DNA of 64,000 nucleotides from Candidatus Niyogibacteria bacterium. Lineage in GTDB: Bacteria; Patescibacteriota; Minisyncoccia; HO2-45-28. The position numbers and the translations under genes are program-made. Positions 37,440-47,406 of the stretch are shown one piece after another. The stretch is taken from contig CP066691.1 in assembly GCA_016432485.1 (NCBI GenBank), positions 740,944 through 804,943 on the forward strand, read 5' to 3'. Under the pieces are notes generated by a model that did not search any database, had not been told where the DNA came from, and saw nothing but the letters and a program-made list of their open reading frames with translations. Every line of letters begins with the position of its first letter. Position 1 is the stretch's first letter.

Positions 37440-37983
37440 GGCAAAACAAACTGGGGAATACGGCAGAAATTGGTACGCGGTGCACACTTATTCCGGCTAC
37501 GAAGACGCCGTAGCTCGAAATCTCAAACAGCGCGTGGAATCGCTTGGCTATGAAGACAGAATTTTTAACATCCTTGTTCCCAAGGAAAAGAAAATAAAAA
37601 TAAAAGGCGGAAAGAGGCGGATTGAAGAAGAAAAAATATACCCGGGATATGTTTTGGTTGAAATGATTGTCACCGATGATTCTTGGTATGTAGTTCGCAA
37701 TACTCCACGCGTTACCGGTTTCGTTGGTTCAGGCATAACGCCCACTCCGCTTTCACGTGAAGAAGTTGACACTCTTTTTCAGCGAATGCAGGCCGGCGAG
37801 CCTAAATATATGATTGATGTCGCGGCCGGCGATACCGTAAGAATCAATGACGGGCCGTTTAAAGATTACGAGGGCAAGGTGGCGGAAGTTGACGAAGCCA
37901 GAGGCAAGGTAAAGGTTCTGGTTTCTATTTTCGGACGCGAGACGCCGGTGGAGCTGGACTTTCTTCAAATAAAAAAACTATAA
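37438..37983 (+). CDS. nusG: Transcription factor NusG
   Basis: WYAVHTYSGYE, YPGYVLV, KOW, IFGRETPVEL. Confidence 0.97.
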   Translation: MAKQTGEYGRNWYAVHTYSGYEDAVARNLKQRVESLGYEDRIFNILVPKEKKIKIKGGKRRIEEEKIYPGYVLVEMIVTDDSWYVVRNTPRVTGFVGSGITPTPLSREEVDTLFQRMQAGEPKYMIDVAAGDTVRINDGPFKDYEGKVAEVDEARGKVKVLVSIFGRETPVELDFLQIKKL

Positions 37984-37993
37984 ATAAAGTATT

Positions 37994-38419
37994 ATGGCAA
38001 AACCAATTAAAACAATAATTAAATTACAGATACCCGCTGGCAAAGCTACGCCGGCGCCTCCGGTTGGGCCTGCTTTGGGACAGCATGGCGTAAATATCGG
38101 CGAATTTGTAAGTAAATTCAATGAAGCGACTCGCGAAAAAGGCGACAGTATTATTCCGGTTGAAATTACGGTGTATGAAGACCGCAGTTATGATTTTAAA
38201 TTAAAAACTCCGCCGGCTTCGGATTTGCTTAGAAAAGCGGCGGGCATTGAAAAAGGCGCGGCCAATCCTTTAACCGGAAAAGTAGGTAAGGCGACTAAAG
38301 CCCAAATCAGGGAAATCGCCGAGCAAAAGATGGAGGATTTAAATGCCAATGACATTGAAGGCGCTATTAAAATTGTGGAGGGCACTGCCCGCTCAATGGG
38401 CATTGAAATAAAGGATTAA
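37994..38419 (+). CDS. rplK: 50S ribosomal protein L11
   Basis: [25 protein letters not shown]. Confidence 0.98.
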   Translation: MAKPIKTIIKLQIPAGKATPAPPVGPALGQHGVNIGEFVSKFNEATREKGDSIIPVEITVYEDRSYDFKLKTPPASDLLRKAAGIEKGAANPLTGKVGKATKAQIREIAEQKMEDLNANDIEGAIKIVEGTARSMGIEIKD

Positions 38420-38488
38420 ATCTATTTCATTTTTTTTGTACGCGCACTAAACTTTTTACAGGTTTCTTTGCTATAATGGGAGCGTAAT

Positions 38489-39112
38489 ATGCGCGGAATT
38501 TTTATCGTTTTTGAAGGCGGGGATTTTTGCGGAAAAACCACTCAGTCCAAACGGTTTTACGAGGATTTGAAAGCGCGCGGACTTGATGTCATCTGGACCA
38601 AAGAGCCCGGCGGGACGCCTGAAGGCGTTGAAATCAGGCAAAAACTTTTGCATGGCAACATAACTCCCGAAGAAGAAATCGACCTTTTTTGCGAAGACAG
38701 AAGAATTCACTACGAAAAAGTAATAAGACCGGCTCTTGAAAGGGGTGCCATAGTCATTTGCGACAGGAACGAATATTCAACAATCGCTTATCAAGGCGCG
38801 GGCCGTGGCTATGATATCACCGAGATAAAGCGTAAAAGTGGCGAAGCCCGGGGCGGGATTGAGCCGGATTTGGTAATTCTAGCTGATTGCGACCCGGAAA
38901 TTTTGCAAGACAGGGCAAAAAAGCGGGGCGAGATGCTGACCCGCTTTGAAAAGTTGGGAATGGATTTTCATCACAGAGTTCGCATCTCCTTTTTGGAGCA
39001 GGCCGAAGAAAAACCGGAGAAATGGCGTGTTTTAGACGCGTCTCGAAGCATTGATGAGATATACGAAGATGTAAAAAGGCATACGGGGCCCCTCTTGTCA
39101 AAAACCAAATAA
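38489..39112 (+). CDS. tmk: Thymidylate kinase
   Basis: FIVFEGGDFCGKTT, KEPGGT, CDR, STIAYQG. Confidence 0.92.
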   Translation: MRGIFIVFEGGDFCGKTTQSKRFYEDLKARGLDVIWTKEPGGTPEGVEIRQKLLHGNITPEEEIDLFCEDRRIHYEKVIRPALERGAIVICDRNEYSTIAYQGAGRGYDITEIKRKSGEARGGIEPDLVILADCDPEILQDRAKKRGEMLTRFEKLGMDFHHRVRISFLEQAEEKPEKWRVLDASRSIDEIYEDVKRHTGPLLSKTK

Positions 39113-39192
39113 ACATTTCTTAACACTTATCCCCAAGCAATTGGGGAATTTTTTTGTGAAATAAAGGCGAAACACCTTAAAATGAGAATAAC

Positions 39193-40038
39193 ATGAAAGC
39201 GTATCTTAATGCTCTTAAATATGTGATGGAAAACGGCGTGGACAAGCCGAATCGCACAGGTATAGACACACGGGCGGTTTTTGCTTTGCCGTTAAGATTC
39301 AAAATGTCAGACGGCTTTCCGGCGATGACCACAAAGAAACTCGCGTTCAAAAGTGTGGCAAGCGAGCTTTTATGGTTTATTGAGGGCTCAAGCGATGAGA
39401 GGCGGCTTGCCGAGATTCTTCACGGGACGAGAATTCCCGAAAAAACGACAATATGGACGGCAAACGCCGAGGCGTCTTTTTGGAAGCCAAAAGCCAGATT
39501 TGTGGGCGACCTCGGCAGAGTGTACGGCGTGCAATGGCGGTCGTGGAAAACTCCGGACGGCGCTGAAATTGACCAGTTAAAAAATATCATAGAACGAATA
39601 AAAAAAGACCCCTATGACCGTCGTCTCGTTGTTTCGGCCTGGAATCCGGCCGAGATTGACCAGATGGCTCTGCCCCCCTGCCACATGCTTTTTCAGTTTT
39701 TTGTGGCCAAAGGCAAATTATCTTTGGCCATGACCCAACGCTCATGCGATATGTTTTTGGGCGTGCCGTTTAACATCGCTTCATACGCCTTGCTTTTGAA
39801 TATGGTTGCTCAAGCGACAGATTTAGAGCCGGACGAAGTCATACTGACGCTGAACGACGCTCATATTTACCATAATCATTTTGATCAGGTGCGCGAACAA
39901 CTTTCTCGAGAACCTTACCCGTTGCCGAAACTCTGGTTGAATCCTGAAATAAAAGATATTGATAAATTCACGATGGACGGCATCAAGCTTATTGATTATC
40001 AGCATCATCCGCCGATTAAAGCCGAAATGGCCGTGTGA
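39193..40038 (+). CDS. thyA: Thymidylate synthase
   Basis: NRTG, ELLWF, MALPPCH, QRSCD, FNIASY, AHIY.NH. Confidence 0.96.
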   Translation: MKAYLNALKYVMENGVDKPNRTGIDTRAVFALPLRFKMSDGFPAMTTKKLAFKSVASELLWFIEGSSDERRLAEILHGTRIPEKTTIWTANAEASFWKPKARFVGDLGRVYGVQWRSWKTPDGAEIDQLKNIIERIKKDPYDRRLVVSAWNPAEIDQMALPPCHMLFQFFVAKGKLSLAMTQRSCDMFLGVPFNIASYALLLNMVAQATDLEPDEVILTLNDAHIYHNHFDQVREQLSREPYPLPKLWLNPEIKDIDKFTMDGIKLIDYQHHPPIKAEMAV

Positions 40039-40042
40039 GGAT

Positions 40043-40534
40043 ATGACCATGAAAATTTCTCTTATTGCGGCAGTTTCTAAAAATGGCGTTATCGGGAAGA
40101 CCAACTCTTTGCCGTGGCATTTGCCGGCGGATCTCAAAAGGTTTAAAGAGGTTACGATGGGCAAGCCCATTATTATGGGCCGAAAAACTTACGCATCAAT
40201 CGGTCGTCCGCTTCCGGGAAGAAAAAATATTATTCTTACTTCTGATGAAAATTTTACGGCCGAGGGGTGTGTTATCGTCCATTCCAAGGAGGATGCGCTG
40301 AAAGAGGTTGGGGATGTCGAAGAGGCGATGGTTATCGGCGGAGGGATGACTTATGAACAATTTTTGCCCGTTGCTTCGAGGATTTACCTGACGGAGGTTG
40401 ATGCCGGCATTGAGGGCGATATTTATTTTCCGAAATTTGACCGAAACGAGTGGCGTGAAGTTTTTCGCGAGCGCCACGAACCAGACCAAAAAAATCAATA
40501 TTCCTACTCGTTTGTAATTTTGGAGAAAGTTTAA
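40043..40534 (+). CDS. folA: Dihydrofolate reductase (ATG 40043 or 40049)
   Basis: VIG..NSLPWHLPADL, MGRKTY.SIGRPLPGR, IGGG. Confidence 0.95.
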   Translation: MTMKISLIAAVSKNGVIGKTNSLPWHLPADLKRFKEVTMGKPIIMGRKTYASIGRPLPGRKNIILTSDENFTAEGCVIVHSKEDALKEVGDVEEAMVIGGGMTYEQFLPVASRIYLTEVDAGIEGDIYFPKFDRNEWREVFRERHEPDQKNQYSYSFVILEKV

Positions 40535-40599
40535 GCCCCTTGCGCACCAAGGGGTTTTTGTTAAGATGTGTTAGGAGTTTTTATTTAAGGAAAAACAAA

Positions 40600-41310
40600 A
40601 TGCCGTACGTTCCAAGCAAAAAAACGAACCCGCCGGCGGATGACAGGGAAATTCTTGATCCTCATATTGAAGCGCTCGCGCAAAGAGCCGCTAAAAGAAT
40701 AGTGGATAATGAGGCGCTATCGGAGGTCTACGCGAATATTTTTTATGAAGTCGCGATTCACTTGGATGATTTATTTTCAGCCAACAGAATGTTGGGCGAC
40801 GGCGAGGAATGGAAGTTAGCCGAAGCGATTTATGAAGTCAGTAAAAAATACGGCTATTGGGGCGCGCATCTCGGGGAATTGAATTACTCAATTACCCGGT
40901 TTATTCAGCGCGTTCCGCAGATTAAAGTGGAGAATGGTCAGTGGGAAGAAAAAAATGAGCTTCGCTACTGGATTTACTCCGCAACTGTTTCGACATTAAT
41001 CAGAGCTTCGCATCTGACCGAACATTTAGACATAGCGGTTGATGGCGTTTTTGAAGACATCAAAGACGAATACAAGTGGAAGGTGAACAGGCCATATGAG
41101 ATCGCGCAGATTCTAAAAAGCGGCGATGCGTATGACACTCCATATTACATGAAGGTCATCGAGCTTGTGGACGAAGAAGGAAATGTCATTGGCCATCAGG
41201 AAATCGCGCTTAAGCGAAGTCCCGAAACCGCGGGCTTGGATTTGCTTCCCTGGCAGATTATTGTCGGAAAAAGGAATGCCGGAAAAAAGAACATCAAAAA
41301 AAAGAAATAG
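40600..41310 (+). CDS. Hypothetical helical protein with 'MPY...GELNY.IT...PYE...GD' motifs
   Basis: ATG 40600; motifs recall a small phage-associated family (DUF6899-like, from memory). Confidence 0.55.
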   Translation: MPYVPSKKTNPPADDREILDPHIEALAQRAAKRIVDNEALSEVYANIFYEVAIHLDDLFSANRMLGDGEEWKLAEAIYEVSKKYGYWGAHLGELNYSITRFIQRVPQIKVENGQWEEKNELRYWIYSATVSTLIRASHLTEHLDIAVDGVFEDIKDEYKWKVNRPYEIAQILKSGDAYDTPYYMKVIELVDEEGNVIGHQEIALKRSPETAGLDLLPWQIIVGKRNAGKKNIKKKK

Positions 41311-41358
41311 AAAAAAGAGGCCGCTGGCCTCTTTTTTGTTTTAAACTATAATTAAAAT

Positions 41359-42426
41359 ATGTCTAAACTAATCATTACAACCGCCATTTCGGGGTCTCGC
41401 AGGAAAGAATATCTGCAAAAATTTGAAGAAAGGGCTAAGGCGAGCGGCAAAAAAGTAAAAATTTACCATGTGGGCCAGATGATGCTGGAACACTCTAATC
41501 ATATTGGTGTTAATTTTACGCCGGAAAATGTTTTAAACGCCCCGCCGTCGGTCATAGGCGCGGTTCGTTCCGCCGTTTTTGAGCGAATAGCTGGCGAGCT
41601 CCCGAAAGAACTCAAAAAAAACGACGTGGTTTTCATAAATATCCATGCCTTCTTTTACTGGAAAAATGTTTTTGTCAGAGCGTGGGACAATTATTACGTG
41701 AGTCAGCTTAATCCCGATATGTTTCTGGCTTTTGTTGACGACGTCATCGGCATTGACCGCGAATTGCGGCGGCGCAAGCAATGGAAGAAAGAAAAACTGA
41801 CTTATAATGAAATACTTTTATGGCGAAATGTGGATGTTGAGATGACTGCCTCCTGGGCTGAAATGAAAAGGAAGCTCTTTTACGTGATTCCTTCCCAGTC
41901 AAACGAAAAACTTTTATATCGCATGATTTTTGAGCCGCATTTGGAAAAGATTTATATCGCCATGCCTCTGACTCACTTTATGAATCCCGCGGGACAGAAG
42001 ATTGTGGATAATTTTATAAAAAAACTTGAAAAATATTTTGTAATTTTTGACCCGCGCGAAGTTGAAATGGTGGAGCAATGGAAGCCGTCTATGAGAACCG
42101 AAGAGGTTTTAAATCAGATAGTCAATCGCGATATGTATTGGCTGATTAAGCAGGTGGACAGGGTCATCGCTTATTTCCCGAAACCCGTACTTTCGCCGGG
42201 CGTTATAAACGAGCTTCGCGAAGCCCATGAGACCAATAAAGAGGCCTGGCTGGTATATCCAAAAGGCGAAACAATGAGCCCTTTTTTGACCTATTATTCA
42301 AACATGGTTTTCAGGGGGCCGGACCAGCTTCTGAAATTTTTAGGCGAAAAAGACCAAGCTCATGATTTGCCAAAATCCAGAAAATCGGCAAAAACTAAAA
42401 AAGGTTCTTCAAAAAAGAGGAAATAA
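41359..42426 (+). CDS. Archaeal-type NMP-kinase-like domain fused to a nucleoside 2-deoxyribosyltransferase-like domain
   Basis: Degenerate P-loop 'TAISGSRRK'; C-terminal 'IYIAMP...NRD...SPGVINEL'. Confidence 0.6.
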   Translation: MSKLIITTAISGSRRKEYLQKFEERAKASGKKVKIYHVGQMMLEHSNHIGVNFTPENVLNAPPSVIGAVRSAVFERIAGELPKELKKNDVVFINIHAFFYWKNVFVRAWDNYYVSQLNPDMFLAFVDDVIGIDRELRRRKQWKKEKLTYNEILLWRNVDVEMTASWAEMKRKLFYVIPSQSNEKLLYRMIFEPHLEKIYIAMPLTHFMNPAGQKIVDNFIKKLEKYFVIFDPREVEMVEQWKPSMRTEEVLNQIVNRDMYWLIKQVDRVIAYFPKPVLSPGVINELREAHETNKEAWLVYPKGETMSPFLTYYSNMVFRGPDQLLKFLGEKDQAHDLPKSRKSAKTKKGSSKKRK

Positions 42427-42428
42427 AA

Positions 42429-42962
42429 ATGGCAAAAATCCGCGACAATACTTCGGTCGGAGAGATAATCCGCGATGGAGAGAAAATTGTCGTAATTGAA
42501 CGGGCGAATTATCCCGAATCATTTGCTCTGCCAGCCGGGCATGTGGACGGCGATCCGAATTTCATAAGTGCGGTGACAAGAGAGTTGGAGGAAGAAGTGG
42601 GATTAAGGGTTGATAAGAACAATATTGTTTTTGAGGAAGATATAGATAATCCTTGCAAGCGCGAAGGCGGAACGCATCATTTATGGAAAGTGTATGAAGC
42701 GTTGAATTGGTCGGGAGAGTTAAGGGCCGGAAGCGACGCCAAAAAAGCCGTTTGGTTTTCAAAAGACGACTTGCAAAAGATAGCCGCGCGGACGGAATAC
42801 TTTATGAAGAAGTACGGCATATCTTATGATAAGGTTGGCAAACTTACTGTCGCAATTTTCGGCAAAAACCCGGCTGAAAAAGCTACCGATCAAGAATGGA
42901 AGCAGGAAATGGGTCTTGAGCCGGTTTGGTACTATATTTTGAAAAAACTCGGCCTAATTTAA
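42429..42962 (+). CDS. NUDIX hydrolase
   Basis: PAGHVD...AVTRELEEEVGL. Confidence 0.88.
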   Translation: MAKIRDNTSVGEIIRDGEKIVVIERANYPESFALPAGHVDGDPNFISAVTRELEEEVGLRVDKNNIVFEEDIDNPCKREGGTHHLWKVYEALNWSGELRAGSDAKKAVWFSKDDLQKIAARTEYFMKKYGISYDKVGKLTVAIFGKNPAEKATDQEWKQEMGLEPVWYYILKKLGLI

Positions 42963-42999
42963 AAAAACACCCCACTTGGCGTTAAACCGCCAAGTGGGA

Positions 43000-43413
43000 T
43001 TAATTTTTCTTTTTGTTTCTTCTTGTTATATCGCCGTCTAGTTCAATACAAGCCATTTTGACAAGCTGAAGCGGGAAATTTATCCAGTTGCCATCTTTCG
43101 TGGTGTGCTCAACTATTTTTATCCCGGCCCTTTTTGCGGTGTTAAAACAATGGAGGCACGGCTGGCAAAAAACGAATCTGCCGTTTCTTTTTCGTCTTCC
43201 GGCAATCGTCAGAATCGCGCCTTTTAATCTTTTTCGGTTGGCCTGTTTGATTGCTTTACGTTCGGCGCACATTCCGAAGCCGTCTCCGATGTTATTCCAA
43301 TACCAGGCAAAAATTCCATTTCTGTCGCTTAAAACCGCCGCGACCTGAATATTGCAAGGCGAGCGATGCAAAAGGTTTAAAGCTAGTTCCCTGGGCCCGC
43401 AACCCTTTTTCAA
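43000..43413 (-). CDS. Cytidine/dCMP-deaminase-fold protein
   Basis: CAE and PCxxC (QPCLHC) zinc motifs; SD aggagg. Confidence 0.75.
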   Translation of the reverse strand: MKKGCGPRELALNLLHRSPCNIQVAAVLSDRNGIFAWYWNNIGDGFGMCAERKAIKQANRKRLKGAILTIAGRRKRNGRFVFCQPCLHCFNTAKRAGIKIVEHTTKDGNWINFPLQLVKMACIELDGDITRRNKKKN

Positions 43414-43434
43414 TTTTCAACCCTCCTTTCAAAG

Positions 43435-43593
43435 TCAGTCGCCGACTCCGTGGTCAATCCATTCGGAAAACGATTCCTCGTTTTCGTACAGCCCGGGAAA
43501 CCAATTGCAGTGTTCGCATTTTCGGCTCGCGCCATTGTCATGGGTTTCGCGAAGTTCCGGTTCTTGGCAAACAGGGCAATGCTCGTTGTTCAT
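43435..43593 (-). CDS. 52-aa zinc-ribbon protein (not in the ORF track)
   Basis: MNNEHCPVC...KCEHCNW...; SD aaggagg. Confidence 0.6.
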   Translation of the reverse strand: MNNEHCPVCQEPELRETHDNGASRKCEHCNWFPGLYENEESFSEWIDHGVGD

Positions 43594-43730
43594 TTCCGAA
43601 TCCCTCCTTTTGAGTTATTGTGAACAACTTCCGGTATTTTAAGATATTTTAATAAAAAAGTCAAATAAAAAAGACATTTTTTCGCTTTTTTATTGCTGTG
43701 GATAAAGTTTTGGTGATATAATTCTTTCAT

Positions 43731-44189
43731 ATGCGTTCAGTTGTTTTTTGCACCAGCCAGCGTTTCAGGCATGAGCTGGATGAATTTGTTAATCATTTAA
43801 AAGACGCCGCTGAAAAAAGGGGTACGCATATTCATATTTTAAAACCCAATTTTGACGGCGACGATTTGGAATTGGCCCATCTTTCCGAGAAAGACCGATT
43901 GCGTGACGATTTATACCGCGCGACCGTCGCCGGAAAAGTGTACGACCACCTTTTTAGAAAAGTAATGGTTGCCGATGTCTGTTTTATTTTTAACAAAGAC
44001 GGCTATATCGGCGCAAATACTAACGGCGAGCTTTTTGCCGCCGCGGTTCTCGGAAAAACAATTTACGCCCTTGAAGACAAAACTTTAATGGGCTCTTATC
44101 CCGACGGCCTTTACGAAGAACCTTCAAGCCGTAAGTTTATCCACGATGTCGTTTCAAGTCCCGAAGAACTTTTGAAACGTTTGCACTAA
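43731..44189 (+). CDS. Nucleoside 2-deoxyribosyltransferase-like (flavodoxin-fold) protein
   Basis: 'HLFRKVMVADVCFIFNKDGYIGANTNGELFAAAVLGK'. Confidence 0.6.
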   Translation: MRSVVFCTSQRFRHELDEFVNHLKDAAEKRGTHIHILKPNFDGDDLELAHLSEKDRLRDDLYRATVAGKVYDHLFRKVMVADVCFIFNKDGYIGANTNGELFAAAVLGKTIYALEDKTLMGSYPDGLYEEPSSRKFIHDVVSSPEELLKRLH

Positions 44190-44228
44190 AAATTTTCGGA
44201 ACAACATTACTAATTTCTTCTCGTAGCC

Positions 44229-44262
44229 AAACGGCTCAACGGGGTGCTCCGTTGAGCCGTTT
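44229..44262. repeat. 14-6-14 perfect dyad, copy 2
   Basis: aaacggctcaacgg-ggtgct-ccgttgagccgttt. Confidence 0.9.
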
Positions 44263-44278
44263 GCGTTATAATATAAAA

Positions 44279-46063
44279 ATGGTAAAAGCTGACTCAAAAA
44301 AACGGGGCGCTGGGCAGATTTTCAAAGAGCTTGCGCCTATAATGAAACGTATTTTTGCGCCTCACAGAAAAACGCTACTCGCGGTTGCAGTTTTTTCTTT
44401 GATCGTCGCGGGGGCTGATGCCATGGTGCCTTTTCTTGCCGGACGTTTTTTTGACGGTTTAATCGCTGTCGCGGCCGGCGCCGGCTCATTTGAAGCGGTT
44501 TTTATAATTCTTTCTTTTTGGCTGGTTTTGCATGTTTTTTCGGATATTCTCTCTTGGAGAATTGACCGTAATCAGGGTATTTTGGGAGCTGAATTGGAGG
44601 CCGAATATATTTCCGAATCTTACTCGCGTCTTATTGAAAAACCGCTTGAGTTTCATAAAAAAACCAAAGGTGGGGAATTGCAGAATAGAATCTATAACGC
44701 AAGAAATTTAATTGACGTCATCGCCGAGGTCTTAATAAGCTTCTTGCCTATGTTTTTGAGCATTGTGGCGGCGGTCGCGCTTTCGTTTTTTATTCACTCG
44801 GGTATTGCCTTAATAATGCTTTTTGCGATTTCGATTTATCTTTTAATTTTAAGATTTATTGCCCCAAAACTTACTCCGCTCCAAACAAAAATGAATCGTG
44901 CTTACAACATCGCTTACGGGGATTCGAGCGACGTCTTGTCCAACATCAAAGAGGTTAAACAATTTACGACTGAAAAGCACGAATCAAGGCAAATTTTTAA
45001 AAAATTCTTTTTGGGCGCTGCCAAAAGCTGGATTGTAATTCACCGGCTGTGGGCCGGTTTGAGTTTTTCCCAGCGCGCGCTGGTAACCGCGACCCAGCTT
45101 ACTATTTTTATTTACTCCGTTTTTTTAATTTCTCATGGCAATCTTACTCCTGGAGAATTGGTAACTCTCAACGCCTACGCAGCAATGCTTTTCGGGCCTT
45201 TTGTGCGTCTTGGAAACAACTGGCAGAGAATTTCAAATGGCGCGGTGGCCATGATTGAAGCCGAAAAGGTTTTTAGCGCTCCGCCCGAAATTTATGTTCC
45301 CGCGCGGGCGGTTATTGTGAGCAACATAAAGGGCGAGGTCGTTTTTGAAAATGTTTCATTCGGCTATAAGGGCGGGCGCGAAGTTTTGAAAGAAGTTTCT
45401 TTTTCTGCTGAATCAGGCCAAAAAGTCGCGCTTGTGGGTGAGTCGGGAGTCGGCAAGACGACGATCATTGATTTATTGATGGCGTTTTACTTTCCCAAAA
45501 AGGGTCGGGTTTTGGTTGACGGACACGATGTCCGTCGATTTGACTTGAGAACTTATCGCGGATTTTTGGGAGTTGTGCCGCAGGAAGTAACTCTTTTTAA
45601 TGACACGGTTTTTAACAACATTCGTTACGGAAGTTTTGATAAATCGGAAGAAGAGGTCAAGAAAGCCGCCAAAATCGCTTATGCTTCGGAGTTCATAGAA
45701 AATTTTCCTAAAAAATACAAGCAGGTTGTTGGGTGGCGCGGGGTAAAACTTTCGGCGGGACAGAAGCAAAGAATCGCGATTGCCCGCGCGGTTCTTCGCG
45801 ACCCAAAAATTTTGATTTTAGACGAGCCGACATCGGCTCTGGATGCCAAGTCGGAAAACTTCATTCAGGAGTCGCTTCGCGAATTGATGAAAGGCAGAAC
45901 GACTTTTATTATCGCTCATCGTTTAAGCACAGTTCGCGAAGCCGACAAAATTATCGTTCTTGACAAGGGCCGTGTTATGGAGCAGGGCAGGCACGAGGAA
46001 CTTCTCAAAATTGAAAGCGGGGTGTATAAAAGGTTATATGATTTACAGTTTAAGGGAAGATAG
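44279..46063 (+). CDS. ABC exporter, fused TMD-NBD (MsbA-like)
   Basis: 6 TM, GESGVGKT, LSAGQ, ILDEPTSALD, IAHRLST. Confidence 0.93.
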   Translation: MVKADSKKRGAGQIFKELAPIMKRIFAPHRKTLLAVAVFSLIVAGADAMVPFLAGRFFDGLIAVAAGAGSFEAVFIILSFWLVLHVFSDILSWRIDRNQGILGAELEAEYISESYSRLIEKPLEFHKKTKGGELQNRIYNARNLIDVIAEVLISFLPMFLSIVAAVALSFFIHSGIALIMLFAISIYLLILRFIAPKLTPLQTKMNRAYNIAYGDSSDVLSNIKEVKQFTTEKHESRQIFKKFFLGAAKSWIVIHRLWAGLSFSQRALVTATQLTIFIYSVFLISHGNLTPGELVTLNAYAAMLFGPFVRLGNNWQRISNGAVAMIEAEKVFSAPPEIYVPARAVIVSNIKGEVVFENVSFGYKGGREVLKEVSFSAESGQKVALVGESGVGKTTIIDLLMAFYFPKKGRVLVDGHDVRRFDLRTYRGFLGVVPQEVTLFNDTVFNNIRYGSFDKSEEEVKKAAKIAYASEFIENFPKKYKQVVGWRGVKLSAGQKQRIAIARAVLRDPKILILDEPTSALDAKSENFIQESLRELMKGRTTFIIAHRLSTVREADKIIVLDKGRVMEQGRHEELLKIESGVYKRLYDLQFKGR

Positions 46064-46068
46064 AGATC

Positions 46069-47403
46069 ATGTTTAAAATCCGCATTTGGGCTTTTGTTTT
46101 GCTTTTGGCTGGCCTTACTCTCGGCTATTTTGCGGGCGCGAATTTTGTGAAGTCCGATTGGTTTTTGGGCAATATCGGATATCGCCTGGGGCTTGATTTG
46201 CAGGGAGGGGCGCATTTGGTCTATCAAGCCGATGTTTCCGCGATTGAAGGCGTTGAAGTCAGCGAATCAATGGAAGGGCTTCGGGATGTGATTGAACGCA
46301 GAATCAACGCCTTCGGCGTTACCGAGCCGGTAGTGCAGGTACAAAGATCGGGCGACGATCGCCGTCTTATCGTGGAGATTGCCGGCGTTTTTGACACCGA
46401 TGAAGCAATTAAAATGATAGGCCAGACGCCGTATCTTGAATTTAAAACCGAAAGGCCCGAAGAAGCGCGAGACGTAATCCTTGCGGCGCTTGAAAAAGGG
46501 GAACAGGTTTCGGAGGACCCTTATTTTGTTCCATCTGGGCTTACCGGCAGGTTTCTTAAAAAATCACTCCTTGATTTTGACCAGACTACCGGAGAGCCTG
46601 TGGTGCTTTTGGAGTTTAACAAAGAAGGAGCCGAACTTTTCGGACGCATCACAAGAGAAAATGTTGGCAGGCGCGTAGCAATTTATCTGGACGGATTGCC
46701 GATAAGCGTGCCGGTGGTTCAGCAGGAGATAACCTCGGGTAATGCCCAAATTTCCGGAAAGTTTACGCCGGAAGAGGCCAGAGTTTTGGTGCGTCGCCTT
46801 AATTCCGGGGCCTTGCCCGTTCCAATCAGTCTTATGGCCCAGCAAAGCGTCGGCGCTTCTTTGGGCGGAGAGTCGCTTGCGCGAGGAATTATTGCCGGAA
46901 TTTACGGCATATTGGCCGTGGCCTTATTCTTAATTTTGCGATACCGCCTGCCGGGCTTGGTCGCGATTTTCGGCCTTATGTTCTACGTGGTTTTAGTTTT
47001 AAGTATTTTTAAAATTTTGCCGGTTACGCTTACCGCGGCCGGCGTTGCCGGATTTCTTTTGTCGGTCGGCATGGCGGTTGACGCCAATATTTTGATATTT
47101 GAGCGCATGCGAGAAGAGATACGTTGGGGCGGGAATTTGGAAAATGCCATGGAAAGCGGATTTAAGCGGGCCTGGCCTTCAATTCGCGATTCAAACATTT
47201 CAACGCTGATAACCTCCGCGATTCTTTATTGGTTTGGAACAAGCATGATTCGCGGTTTTGCCCTGACTTTGGGCGTCGGAGTTTTATCAAGTATATTTTC
47301 GGCGCTTGTGGTTACCAGATTTTTTCTTTATGCCGCGTCTTTCAGGCAAAACAGGTTTTCGTTTATTCTTTACGGCGCAAAACATCGGGAACCGGAACAA
47401 TAA
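46069..47403 (+). CDS. secD: Protein translocase SecD
   Basis: LGLDLQGG, GVTEP, GMAVDANILIFER. Confidence 0.95.
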   Translation: MFKIRIWAFVLLLAGLTLGYFAGANFVKSDWFLGNIGYRLGLDLQGGAHLVYQADVSAIEGVEVSESMEGLRDVIERRINAFGVTEPVVQVQRSGDDRRLIVEIAGVFDTDEAIKMIGQTPYLEFKTERPEEARDVILAALEKGEQVSEDPYFVPSGLTGRFLKKSLLDFDQTTGEPVVLLEFNKEGAELFGRITRENVGRRVAIYLDGLPISVPVVQQEITSGNAQISGKFTPEEARVLVRRLNSGALPVPISLMAQQSVGASLGGESLARGIIAGIYGILAVALFLILRYRLPGLVAIFGLMFYVVLVLSIFKILPVTLTAAGVAGFLLSVGMAVDANILIFERMREEIRWGGNLENAMESGFKRAWPSIRDSNISTLITSAILYWFGTSMIRGFALTLGVGVLSSIFSALVVTRFFLYAASFRQNRFSFILYGAKHREPEQ

Positions 47404-47406
47404 TTT

